From: an uncultured Candidatus Saccharibacteria bacterium
GTDB lineage: Bacteria; Patescibacteriota; Saccharimonadia; Saccharimonadales; CAYVSP01
NCBI GenBank assembly: GCA_964584265.1
Contig: CAZOZI010000002.1
Location: 66,340-130,339, forward strand
DNA length: 64,000 bases
Reading direction: 5' to 3'
This document shows, piece by piece, positions 1-11,417 of the stretch (the first letter of the stretch is position 1; every line of letters begins with the position of its first letter). The position numbers and the translations under genes were made by a program. The notes below the pieces were generated by a model. It did no database searches. It had not been told where the DNA came from and worked only from the letters and a program-made list of their open reading frames with translations.

Positions 1-1155
1 TTTTTCAAGTACATCTATAACAATTTTTTCGTCCTTGGCAATCTCAGGAAAAGGCTCACGGTACATATCAATCACTATTGGTGCTATGTTTCGGAACAAG
101 CCCTGTTCGATCCCAAGCTCATGTCCTTGGCGAATTGCGCGGCGTAGTAACCGACGCAGAATGTAACCCTGTGTCTTATTGCTCGGCGTGACGCCATCAG
201 CTGCCATAAATACAGCACTGCGCATATGATCGGCAATTATGCGCTTGGCCTGCACGTGGTCTTCATACTTTTTGCTGGATAATTCTTGTAACTTTTCAAT
301 AATTGGCCATAGCAAATCAATCTTAAACATGTCTGAACCGCCAATGCTAGCCGAGGCAATTCGCTCTAATCCACCACCAAAATCCACATTCTTATTTGGA
401 AGCTCGTCAAAACCACCGTCTTTATTCTTAATGTACTGCATGAAAACAGAGTTGCCGACTTCTATCCAGCGACCGCAATCACAATTAGGATGACAATGCT
501 CACCAAAACTCGTGTCATGTTCACTATCAGTATCAAAAAATACTTCGCTATCTGGTCCACCGGGTTCTCCGACCGGCATATTAGATGGTTCGCCAACACG
601 ACTCCACCAGTTCTTGTCTTGATAGTAAAAGATGCGCTCGCCAGGCTTCATGCCAATCTTATACCCGTCGGCCTCCGTATGCATCTCAGCCTCTTTAGCA
701 TCAATACTTTTAGCTTTAAAAAGCTTTTTCCAGATTTCTGCTGCTTCGGTATCTTTTGGTATTCCAATTTTATCGTCGCCGCTATAGCAAGTAACATAAA
801 GTTTTTGTGGGTCCAGTTTTACAACTTCGGTGAGAAATTCCCAGAACCATGGTAATTGTTGCTGTTTGAAGTAATCGCCAAGACTCCAGTTACCAAGCAT
901 TTCAAAGAACGTGGTATGACGATTATCTCCAACCTCATCTATGTCTTCGGCTCGAAAACAGGTTTGTGAATCGGTTAACCGTTTGCCGGCAGGGTGTTTT
1001 TCGCCTAATAGATATGGCATTAGTGGCTGCATACCACTGCCCGTAAAAAGCGTGGTAGGATCATTATCTGGCACAATCCTGGCACGAGGAATAATCTTGT
1101 GCCCCTTTTTAGCAAAAAAATCTAAATAAGCCTGTCTTATCTCTTGCGCCGTCAT
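1..1155 (-). CDS. alaS: Alanine--tRNA ligase, N-terminal part (gene runs off the left edge of the window)
   Basis: Absent from the ORF track because it is open at the window edge. Manual minus-strand translation from ATG at 1155-1153 gives MTAQEIRQAYLDFFAKKGHKIIPRARIVPDNDPTTLFTGSGMQPLMPYLLGEKHPAGKR, a typical AlaRS N-terminus. The plus-strand ORFs 239-1129 are antisense shadows. Confidence 0.8.
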   Translation of the reverse strand, partial: MTAQEIRQAYLDFFAKKGHKIIPRARIVPDNDPTTLFTGSGMQPLMPYLLGEKHPAGKRLTDSQTCFRAEDIDEVGDNRHTTFFEMLGNWSLGDYFKQQQLPWFWEFLTEVVKLDPQKLYVTCYSGDDKIGIPKDTEAAEIWKKLFKAKSIDAKEAEMHTEADGYKIGMKPGERIFYYQDKNWWSRVGEPSNMPVGEPGGPDSEVFFDTDSEHDTSFGEHCHPNCDCGRWIEVGNSVFMQYIKNKDGGFDELPNKNVDFGGGLERIASASIGGSDMFKIDLLWPIIEKLQELSSKKYEDHVQAKRIIADHMRSAVFMAADGVTPSNKTQGYILRRLLRRAIRQGHELGIEQGLFRNIAPIVIDMYREPFPEIAKDEKIVIDVLEK

Positions 1156-1223
1156 TTACGCATTATTGTATCACTTGAGGTATACTTTAAATAACCAGTG
1201 AAAAAACATAAATTATAAACAAT

Positions 1224-1874
1224 ATGAAACCACGACTACGCTATATTGGCCTACTGTTTCGACCTTCCACCCTAAGTCTCACGATTACGCTTATCATTAC
1301 TGAAGTATTTGCTGGGTTGTGTTTTTGGGCTAATGGGCTACGTACAGGCGCGTGGTACAACTATTGGTTTGGCTCGGGTGGTGCATTGACAGCTCTTCAA
1401 GAGCAGAACAATCTTATTGGTACGCTCAAGCATACAATCTTTAGCAACCCTACCTTCAATAAAGTTCTGTATTACGTAATGTGGCTAGTACTTGGGCTGC
1501 TTGTGTATGAAATTGTTATGGCAATTCGATCCATGGTTGGTTCGACAACTCAAGCTGTTGAAGAAGAGCACTATGTACACGCAAGTCCGCAAACGGTTTG
1601 GCGAAAATTCGGCTCACGTATTGTAATTCGTTTGGTTATCTTAGGTTGCTGGTTACTTTATAGTGTATTTTTTTTGAAGCTACTTCTGCCCTTTTCTCTA
1701 TTGTCGTTTAAAATCTGGGTAGGTCAGCTCGGTATGTGGACAGCATGGCTATATGCTATTTTGGGCACTGTTGTCTTATTCTTAAGCTTACATCTTCATA
1801 CAGTTTTTTTACGCCTTTTTATGCTTAGAGTACGTATATCAGACACTGCTAATGAAGCCTTGCTAGACCTCTGA
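1224..1874 (+). CDS. Hypothetical multi-pass membrane protein
   Basis: 216-aa ORF with an ATG start and several long hydrophobic segments. No recognisable motif. Confidence 0.5.
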   Translation: MKPRLRYIGLLFRPSTLSLTITLIITEVFAGLCFWANGLRTGAWYNYWFGSGGALTALQEQNNLIGTLKHTIFSNPTFNKVLYYVMWLVLGLLVYEIVMAIRSMVGSTTQAVEEEHYVHASPQTVWRKFGSRIVIRLVILGCWLLYSVFFLKLLLPFSLLSFKIWVGQLGMWTAWLYAILGTVVLFLSLHLHTVFLRLFMLRVRISDTANEALLDL

Positions 1875-2912
1875 AATAATACCGCCTCCCAGACAATAGT
1901 CGCCATTATATATAACGACAGATTGGCCTGGCGTTGCTGCACGAGTTGAGTCTGTTAATTTAAGGTTTAAGCCTGCTTTGGTTCTGGTAAGCTTAGCTTC
2001 AATAAGAGGTGCTCGATAACGAGTTTGCACTTTATAGGTCTTTGCTAAATCCGGCTCGAAATCTATCCAATGAACACTGCTAAGTGTAAGATTGTTATGC
2101 CAAAGTTTATTATCGTCTAGATTGGTCGTGACAAATACAATATTTTTTTTCATATCTTTAAACGTTACATAGTAAGGTAAGCCACCGCCAATATGTAATC
2201 CATGCCTCTGGCCAATTGTGTAGAAAATGGCACCATCGTGCTCGCCTATAACAACGCCGTTTTGGTCAAGAATACTACCTGGTCTGGTCTTAACAAACTG
2301 TTGCAAAAACTCTTTAATTCCAACGCTGCCGACAAAGCAAATACCTTGACTATCTTTCTTATCAGCAGTGGCTAAACCAAGTTTTTTAGCGAGAGCGCGG
2401 ACTTCGGCCTTTGTTTTAAACTCGCCAATGGGAAATAGAGTTTTTGCCAGTGCTTGCTTTGTAACTCGGTACAAGAAATAGGTTTGGTCTTTGTCTCTAT
2501 TTCTGGCACTTAGCAATTGGCCGTTTTTTATCCGCGCGTAATGTCCGGTCGCGATCATGTCAGCACCATCTTGTAACGCGGTGTGTAAAAATAGTTTGAA
2601 TTTAACCTCTTGATTGCACATAACGTCTGGATTAGGTGTACGCCCTTTTTTGTATTCATCCAGCATATAGTCCACCACCAGGGAGCGGTATTGTTTTTCA
2701 AAATCATACATTTTGAAATCAATGCCAAGTTGCACAGCAACGCGTTTTGCATCTTGATAATCTTCTTTCCATGGGCAATGATGGCCTGGCAAGTCTTGAC
2801 TCCAGTTTTTCATGTACACACCAATAACCCGGTAGCCTTGCTCTTTCAGCAAAGCAGCCGTAACAGAGGAGTCAACGCCCCCGCTCATCCCAACAAACAC
2901 TGTCTTAGACAT
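1863..2912 (-). CDS. mnmA: tRNA-specific 2-thiouridylase (tRNA 2-thiouridine34 synthase)
   Basis: 349 aa with an N-terminal PP-loop (GMSGGVDSS). MnmA-like length and layout, and AAGGAG upstream of the ATG. Confidence 0.9.
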   Translation of the reverse strand: MSKTVFVGMSGGVDSSVTAALLKEQGYRVIGVYMKNWSQDLPGHHCPWKEDYQDAKRVAVQLGIDFKMYDFEKQYRSLVVDYMLDEYKKGRTPNPDVMCNQEVKFKLFLHTALQDGADMIATGHYARIKNGQLLSARNRDKDQTYFLYRVTKQALAKTLFPIGEFKTKAEVRALAKKLGLATADKKDSQGICFVGSVGIKEFLQQFVKTRPGSILDQNGVVIGEHDGAIFYTIGQRHGLHIGGGLPYYVTFKDMKKNIVFVTTNLDDNKLWHNNLTLSSVHWIDFEPDLAKTYKVQTRYRAPLIEAKLTRTKAGLNLKLTDSTRAATPGQSVVIYNGDYCLGGGIISEV

Positions 2913-2961
2913 AGCTCCTTATTGTATCAGATTAGCCAATCTGTTATATAAAGCTATTAGA

Positions 2962-3243
2962 TTACACGTCCAAAAAAACTATGACCTTGTCCTTCTTAAC
3001 GTGCATGATGCCTTGGGAAATGCGAATTTTTTGCTCACCACGACTGCTACGAACAATAATATCGCCACTGCCCAGCAGCGTCATAAAATTATGATGGCGA
3101 GGCAAAATGTCGAACGGACCCGTGGCATTTATAGCCGAAACACTAAACGCATCATTGTCGTAATAGAGCTTAAAGGGTGAATAAACCTTTACGTGCATAC
3201 TAGGCTGGGGTTTTGCGATTGATTGGGTCTTCGCTTGTGGCAT
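2962..3243 (-). CDS. atpC: ATP synthase F1 epsilon subunit (short form, beta-sandwich only)
   Basis: 93 aa, starting 2 nt after the atpD stop. The position and size fit an epsilon subunit lacking the C-terminal helices. Confidence 0.7.
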   Translation of the reverse strand: MPQAKTQSIAKPQPSMHVKVYSPFKLYYDNDAFSVSAINATGPFDILPRHHNFMTLLGSGDIIVRSSRGEQKIRISQGIMHVKKDKVIVFLDV

Positions 3244-3245
3244 AA

Positions 3246-5400
<2,155 letters not shown>

Positions 5401-5404
<4 letters not shown>

Positions 5405-6831
5405 TTTTTGAGCTCCAGTGTACTGCCCGCTTTGAGCATATCCCGCACCTTGTCATAGTCTTGTTCGTTTGTCACCTTAGTAGCAAACGAGTTAGCCTGA
5501 GCTTTTAAGTTATGAAGATCCAACAAACTAGAATCTTCACTGTTCATGACAATATCAAGCATAAGCTGTTGTGCCATGAGAGAATAAGTATCATTTGGTG
5601 CCTGGCTCAGTAGCTCGAGAAGCCGCTTACCTGTATTAAGCGCTTGCTTAGATTCCATTGCTAGCTCAGAACCGAAGTGTGAAAATTCTTCAGCCTGACG
5701 ATAGTCAGCCAGAAGTTTTAACGATTGCGCAGCAAGCTGCTTTTGGCGTTTGTTATGCCCAATCCCGCCGACACGAGTAACGCTTTTACCTATACTTAAA
5801 GCCGGGCGTACACCACTACGAAAGATATCCAAATCCAAAATCCATTGCCCATCAGTGATAGACATTATATTAGTGGGCAAGTAGGCAGTAACATCTCCAC
5901 CGACTGTTAATACCACAGGAATATTAGTAAGGCATTTGCCGTTTTTCTTCAGCCGCCCAGCTCTCTCCAGTAACGAAGAGTGGGCATAGAACATATCTCC
6001 TGGGTAAGAATCACGGCCCGGGTTAACACCAGCTAGTAATGATACTTCTCGATATACCTGAGCATGACTGGTCATATCATCATAAATAATAATGGTGTCC
6101 TGGTTCATAACTTGCCACAGATACTCTGCAATAGCACAGCCCACGTAAGGCGCCAGATAGCTCATAATGAGAGATTCAAACATCGTCGAAACCACCACAA
6201 CAGCTTTCTCCATGGCACCACTAGCCTCAAGACGACTTAGCAACATATCAATATCATCACGACGTTTTGAAATTAGTACATACACTACGATTTGATCAGA
6301 GTTTTTTTGGTTCAATGCTAACTGGGTAACAAGGGCTGTTTTGCCAACTTTGCTATCACCCAGAAGCGCTAGGCGTTGCCCGCGCACAATCGGGAATATG
6401 GAGTCAATAACGGTAACACCACTTTCTAATTGTGTTTCGAGCGCTTGACGCGAATAGATCGGTGGTGCCACATTAAAGACCGGCCAAGAGGCATCAGCTG
6501 CAATTGGACCCTTTCCGTCGAGTGCTTCGCCAGTAACCGAAATAACCCTACCCACAAAGTCCTTGCCTACCTTGCAGACTAGTTCCTGATACTGCACCAC
6601 CACTACCATACCTGCAGCCAAATTGCTGTTACCTAAGTGCAGCACCACTACGTGATTATCAAAAATTTGATGGACAAAGCCTTTACTGCCATCTTCAAAA
6701 ACTACCAGAGCATGTAGGCTAACTGGTTGCAAGCCATGAACCTTGACCATGAAACGATCTACGGCAATAACTTCACCAACTGGATGACCAGCTGCAACAA
6801 GACGATCAACGTGACGGTTACCCGTACTCAT
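5401..6831 (-). CDS. atpA: ATP synthase F1 alpha subunit
   Basis: 476 aa with P-loop GDSKVGKT, in the alpha position of the operon. Confidence 0.95.
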
Positions 6832-7322
6832 GTTTTGTCTCCTATAATCTTGGCAACGAGCAATTCTCGCTGTGAATCAAAATGTTTACGTAAGCTGAAG
6901 TCAAAACTGCGGTTAGTAGTGCGCAAAATGCACCCCGCACCCAGGGCTGGCTCAAGCCCAATTTGCAGAAGTATCTCGGGATGAATCTCTCGTCTCAGCC
7001 ACGTCATGAGGCTGGTAATAAAGCGCGAAGACGGATCGGCGCTAAAACTAACATGTATTAAGGGAGCGTCTGAACGCAAATGTTCTAAAAACGTTTGTAG
7101 CTTTTCTCGTTTCGGTTGCTGCAATAAATTCAATTTATTGTAGGCTGCCAGCTCATCAAGCAAACGCGAAGTCGGTAATATTTTATCAACATTACCCCGT
7201 ACGTTGTTCTGCTGGACAGCTTCATCTAGGGCTTGCAGCTCGCGGACAAGTCTACCAACATCTGCCCTTGTTACAATCGAATAGGGTAATTGTATATCAA
7301 GTGCCACGTTTAATGTCCTCAA
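6828..7322 (-). CDS. atpH: ATP synthase F1 delta subunit (OSCP)
   Basis: 164 aa between atpF and atpA. The track start at 7322 is a TTG overlapping the atpF end, so the true start is uncertain (GTG at 7307 is also possible). Confidence 0.65.
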   Translation of the reverse strand: MRTLNVALDIQLPYSIVTRADVGRLVRELQALDEAVQQNNVRGNVDKILPTSRLLDELAAYNKLNLLQQPKREKLQTFLEHLRSDAPLIHVSFSADPSSRFITSLMTWLRREIHPEILLQIGLEPALGAGCILRTTNRSFDFSLRKHFDSQRELLVAKIIGDKT

Positions 7323-7914
7323 CTATCGCCTCTTTGTTTTCTTCAAGCTCATTTAAAATAAAATCAAGTTGATCACTCAAGTCGATCTGATTGCCAACGG
7401 CGGCTAATACATAGTGGTTCACAATGTCGGCCATATTTTGTTCAAAACGACTAATAAGGCGCGCTTTCTCTTCATGTATTTCTTTTTGTAACTGCTCGTT
7501 GAGAATTTGCCGTTGCTGCTCAATGGCAGCTTGTGTTTTCTGAATCGAGTCAACCGCTAATTGTTTAGCATCAGTTATTGATTTTTCGTATTTGGCAAAT
7601 TCTTCTTGGAGTGTCCGAGTAATTTCAGCCTTCATGTACTCATTTAGCTGTGAAGTAGTTAATCGCAAATCCTGCTGCAAGAACATGGCATTTTCACCGA
7701 TGATTTTCTCAAAATGGAGGCGCCCACGATTGCGCAGCTCTTCTCGAAATTCATCATTAAAAATGTGCTCAATGTCGTGCGTCGCTGCATCACCGTAGGC
7801 TTCTTGTTTTGTCTTGTCTTTGGATGATCCTGAAAGACTAAGTGCAACCCATATAAAAGCGAGCGTGGTTGCTATAAGCAACCCCAGTACTGCAACGAGA
7901 GCCCATGGATCCAT
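7297..7914 (-). CDS. atpF: ATP synthase Fo subunit b
   Basis: 205 aa with one N-terminal TM helix followed by a long charged coiled-coil region. Located upstream of atpH. Confidence 0.65.
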   Translation of the reverse strand: MDPWALVAVLGLLIATTLAFIWVALSLSGSSKDKTKQEAYGDAATHDIEHIFNDEFREELRNRGRLHFEKIIGENAMFLQQDLRLTTSQLNEYMKAEITRTLQEEFAKYEKSITDAKQLAVDSIQKTQAAIEQQRQILNEQLQKEIHEEKARLISRFEQNMADIVNHYVLAAVGNQIDLSDQLDFILNELEENKEAIVEDIKRGT

Positions 7915-7941
7915 TCTTACCCACCTTCTTTATGCATATGC

Positions 7942-8784
7942 TTATAACTTCAGTAGTAAATATACCGCAAAAACGCCACCGGTGAAAATAGTCAGACTTA
8001 TGAAGGTCACTTGAGCCAGACCAAATATGATAGAACGTTTGGACAATGGGTTTCGGCCAATCGCTGTAATACTGCTACGAACACCACCGTAAAGTAAGCT
8101 ACCACTTATGATGGCACATATTACCAATATTGCGCATGACAGATAGACTCTGGTAGGACTTACACTCTTACCAGCAATAGCAACACTCACTCTTTGTAGG
8201 AAGTTCGGCAGATTGTTCTTAGTGATCGCCTGTGGATTACGGATAATATTTATGTCTACGCTCACCATGCCAATAGCTACTGTCTTTTTTACGTCATCCA
8301 CGGTGGCTGATTCACTCCTAATTACATTAGTCTTACCGTCAAATGACGAAACTGCTCTACCAAAGACGAGTGGTTGACCGATCTGGGAGTGCATACCAAC
8401 ACCTGCAAGTGAAGAAATACTAATATAGTCATTTACGTGCACAGGGCCATTCTGGTCACTTATAAGCACGTTAAAGCGTCCAGTCGTAGCTACGTAAACT
8501 TGTTCGTTAGGTGCTGCCAAAGTAATAGATGTTTTCTGAGGATCAGTCACTACACCAAACATGTGATTTATGGTGTCAGCGCTGACCGGTTCAACTTTCG
8601 TATTACTGCCGCTCGCTAGAGCCACCATAGTACCCTTCTCAAGCACTTTGTCAGCATTGTAGCCTTTCACAACGGCCTGGGCCAGTGCCTGTCCCGCAAA
8701 ACCTTGACTTATAACCCCAATGAGCACAAATATAGCTAGCCAGCGACGCCAAGAAGGTTGCACATAATTTTTTATCTTAAGCAT
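7942..8784 (-). CDS. Signal-peptide protein with an extracytoplasmic domain and a C-terminal two-helix hairpin resembling an ATP synthase c subunit, but without the ion-binding carboxylate
   Basis: 280 aa with an N-terminal signal/TM segment (WLAIFVLIGVISQGFAGQALA). The C-terminal 73 aa form helix, loop ITAIGRNPLSKR, helix. The loop compares with GIARQPE in c subunits. The hairpin sits 27 nt upstream of atpF, exactly where atpE would be. Confidence 0.5.
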   Translation of the reverse strand: MLKIKNYVQPSWRRWLAIFVLIGVISQGFAGQALAQAVVKGYNADKVLEKGTMVALASGSNTKVEPVSADTINHMFGVVTDPQKTSITLAAPNEQVYVATTGRFNVLISDQNGPVHVNDYISISSLAGVGMHSQIGQPLVFGRAVSSFDGKTNVIRSESATVDDVKKTVAIGMVSVDINIIRNPQAITKNNLPNFLQRVSVAIAGKSVSPTRVYLSCAILVICAIISGSLLYGGVRSSITAIGRNPLSKRSIIFGLAQVTFISLTIFTGGVFAVYLLLKL

Positions 8785-8820
8785 AATAAACTATCCCTAG
8801 TATAACTCGACCAGCACCAA

Positions 8821-9963
8821 TCACTCAATGACGCCCAAAAGAGCATTGACAATGGTTGGGATGTCCTTTGCAGTCGTAGCCTGGCCCATGCTTAAACGTA
8901 AACTAGCCCGAGCTTTAGTTTCGGACAATCCAATGGCAGCCAGGACATGCGATGGTGTTTCGTTGCTGGCGCTACAGGCTGAGCCGGCAGCAGCCAATAC
9001 ACCCTTCATTTCCAGTGCAACAAGAAGTCGTTCGTTATCTTGGCCAGGAAGCGTGATATGTATATTATTCGGCAGACGATGCTTTAGGGAGCCATTGATA
9101 ATAGCTTGGGGAATCTGCTGCTGCAAAAGATTATAAAAATCGCGTTGCAGGCTTTGCAGTCGCTTAGCTTCCACATGACGTTTGGTTTGAACCAGCTCCA
9201 AGGCTTTAGCAAAGCCAATTGCTGCCGCTACATTCTCTGTGCCACTTCGCAGTCCATTCTCTTGCCCGCCCCCGAAAATAAGTGGTACAAGCTCCACACC
9301 GGCACGAATATAGAGCGCGCCAGATTGTTTGGGGCCATAAATCTTGCCGCCATTCAATGTCATCAAATCAACTCCCAAGCGGCTAACATGCAGGTCGAGA
9401 TAGTTAGTTGCCTGGCAGGCATCAGTATGAATATACAGCGGCAGGGATTGTTTCTTGTCTTGACGTTCACGCCGAACTTCTTGGACCAGTCGAGCAACTT
9501 CTTTAATTGGCTCAATGGTACCAATTTCATTGTTGGCATACATGATGCTTACAAGTACCGTTTGTGGCGTGATCATTTTTTTTAGTTTTGAGATATCAAT
9601 AAGACCATCGGGTTTTACTGGTGCCACGTGTCGTTTATGTTGTTCGGCTGGTTTTAGTACCGATTCGTGTTCAATTGCACTAACTATCATCTCGGCCTGC
9701 GGGAAGAGACGCATGACACCGGCAATAGCCAAGTTGTTGGCTTCAGTACCGCCAGCGGTAAAAATAATCTCTGCAGGTTTTGCTCCAAGAAGACGAGCTA
9801 CTCGCGAGCGTGCCGCAGCGAGATCATTGGCAATTTGCTGCGCCGGCAGATACGTAGCGGATGGGTTATAAAACTGCTCACTAAAATATGGCCGCATAGC
9901 CTTTAGTACCGCTTGGTCGATAGGTGTAGCTGCCGCATAATCCAAATAGATCATATTTTTCAT
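8821..9963 (-). CDS. Cysteine desulfurase (class V aminotransferase, NifS/IscS-like)
   Basis: 380 aa with LDYAAATP near the N-terminus and a GSACSA catalytic-cysteine loop near the C-terminus. Confidence 0.85.
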   Translation of the reverse strand: MKNMIYLDYAAATPIDQAVLKAMRPYFSEQFYNPSATYLPAQQIANDLAAARSRVARLLGAKPAEIIFTAGGTEANNLAIAGVMRLFPQAEMIVSAIEHESVLKPAEQHKRHVAPVKPDGLIDISKLKKMITPQTVLVSIMYANNEIGTIEPIKEVARLVQEVRRERQDKKQSLPLYIHTDACQATNYLDLHVSRLGVDLMTLNGGKIYGPKQSGALYIRAGVELVPLIFGGGQENGLRSGTENVAAAIGFAKALELVQTKRHVEAKRLQSLQRDFYNLLQQQIPQAIINGSLKHRLPNNIHITLPGQDNERLLVALEMKGVLAAAGSACSASNETPSHVLAAIGLSETKARASLRLSMGQATTAKDIPTIVNALLGVIE

Positions 9964-9988
9964 ACTAGCAGATAGGGTTGGCCTGACT

Positions 9989-10357
9989 TTATATGAAGTT
10001 GTAAACTTCGGTGCGAATTCGCTGTAGATACAATTGAGCAGCTTGGTAGATTCGGTAAGCTTCTTCTTTTGAAGTAACTTGGTATGGCTGATTGTCCTGG
10101 GCCTTTAAAATCGCATTAGGGCGTACATCGTAGCGAGTTGTTCTAACATGCCGCTCTCCATTTTTATCAAGCCATTCCTCATGCCAAATCCAAGTGTGCT
10201 TATCTAAGCAGAAAAATTCACGGCGTCCGCCTTCTTTTACGGGACCAAAGAGTTGGCCGCCAATTTTAGCTTCATGCCTGATTAAATTGCGATACAGTTC
10301 CGCACGGCGTTGTTCGCGGGCTTTGGCTGTTACATTCTCAAATAATTTGCGTATCAT
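9989..10357 (-). CDS. Hypothetical basic protein
   Basis: 122-aa ORF whose start overlaps the stop of the upstream ORF by 1 nt (TAATG). No motif recognised. Confidence 0.5.
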   Translation of the reverse strand: MIRKLFENVTAKAREQRRAELYRNLIRHEAKIGGQLFGPVKEGGRREFFCLDKHTWIWHEEWLDKNGERHVRTTRYDVRPNAILKAQDNQPYQVTSKEEAYRIYQAAQLYLQRIRTEVYNFI

Positions 10358-10632
10358 TAGGCTGCCTCTATATAGCGACGAATTACGTCAATATCAGGGT
10401 CCGGCGGCATCATAGTTATAATTTCAGCACCATCAGAGACTGCAGTTTTACTGGCATCTGCCTCAGGTGAATCAACGGATTGCAATTCAGTAAGCATTTC
10501 TCGCACCTGGGCGCTTTGCTCCAGATTTTGGACAGCTCCAACAACATCATCAAATAGACGTTGACTAGCAACTTCTTGGGCTTCGTCGGGTGTCCCAAGA
10601 TTATTAAACTGCTCTTCCCTGAATCCTAACAC
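10357..10632 (-). CDS. Hypothetical acidic protein
   Basis: 91-aa ORF with a GTG start preceded by GGAGAC. Coupled to the 122-aa ORF. Confidence 0.4.
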   Translation of the reverse strand: MLGFREEQFNNLGTPDEAQEVASQRLFDDVVGAVQNLEQSAQVREMLTELQSVDSPEADASKTAVSDGAEIITMMPPDPDIDVIRRYIEAA

Positions 10633-10642
10633 CTATGGTCTC

Positions 10643-11410
10643 CTATAGGTTAAATAACATTTTGGCGTTTTGCGTAGTGGTTGCAGCTAGTTCGTCAAAG
10701 TTTTCGCCACGCAATTTTGCCAGAAACTCCGCCGTAACACCCACATGTTTAGGCTCGCAGATTTTACCACGAAACGGTACAGGGGTCAAGTACGGCGCGT
10801 CAGTTTCTAAAACCAGTCGGTCAAGCGGTATCCTGCGGGCTGCTTCTAGTTGTCCTTCATCTTTAGTAAACGTCATAATGCCATTCAGACCAACATACAA
10901 CCCACGTGACAAAGCTTGGGTAAGTTGAGATGTATGAGCCGAAAAGCTATGTACCACTCCTTTCAATCCAGAAAAGTTGTCAAACAAAGGCCAAAAATCA
11001 TCAAACGCATCTCGAACGTGCAATATGACCGGCAAGTTGTAACGTTGTGCTAAATCTAGCTGAAACTCGAGCAGCTGCTTTTGCTTAGCCCTGGGAGAGT
11101 GATCGTAAAAATAGTCCAGTCCTGTTTCGCCGATTGCTACCACTTCAGGACTTTTGACTAAGTTCTCAAGGGTCGCTAGGGCAGCTCGGTTCTCGGCATA
11201 AACTATTCCTTCATGGGGGTGCAGTCCAATACTAGCCCAAGTGTTAGAATGAGTTTTTGCAAAACGAATAGCGGCTTCGCTATCTTCGAGCGTGCAGCCA
11301 ACCAAGAGAAACCGTGTTATGTGCTCAGCTATAGCTGCCTCAAAGACGTCATCGGCATCTAGTGGATAATCAGCAAAATGAATGTGGCAATGCGTATCAA
11401 ATAGTTCCAT
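10643..11410 (-). CDS. tatD: TatD-family metal-dependent hydrolase/DNase
   Basis: 255 aa with the N-terminal DTHCHI motif. Typical TatD length. Confidence 0.85.
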   Translation of the reverse strand: MELFDTHCHIHFADYPLDADDVFEAAIAEHITRFLLVGCTLEDSEAAIRFAKTHSNTWASIGLHPHEGIVYAENRAALATLENLVKSPEVVAIGETGLDYFYDHSPRAKQKQLLEFQLDLAQRYNLPVILHVRDAFDDFWPLFDNFSGLKGVVHSFSAHTSQLTQALSRGLYVGLNGIMTFTKDEGQLEAARRIPLDRLVLETDAPYLTPVPFRGKICEPKHVGVTAEFLAKLRGENFDELAATTTQNAKMLFNL

Positions 11411-11417
11411 ATGGGGT

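Noticed and set aside
239-1129. Plus-strand ORFs 239-493, 490-855 and 941-1129 from the track
   Set aside because: They lie antisense to a continuous minus-strand frame with a clear AlaRS N-terminus and have low-complexity, motif-free translations. They are shadow ORFs.
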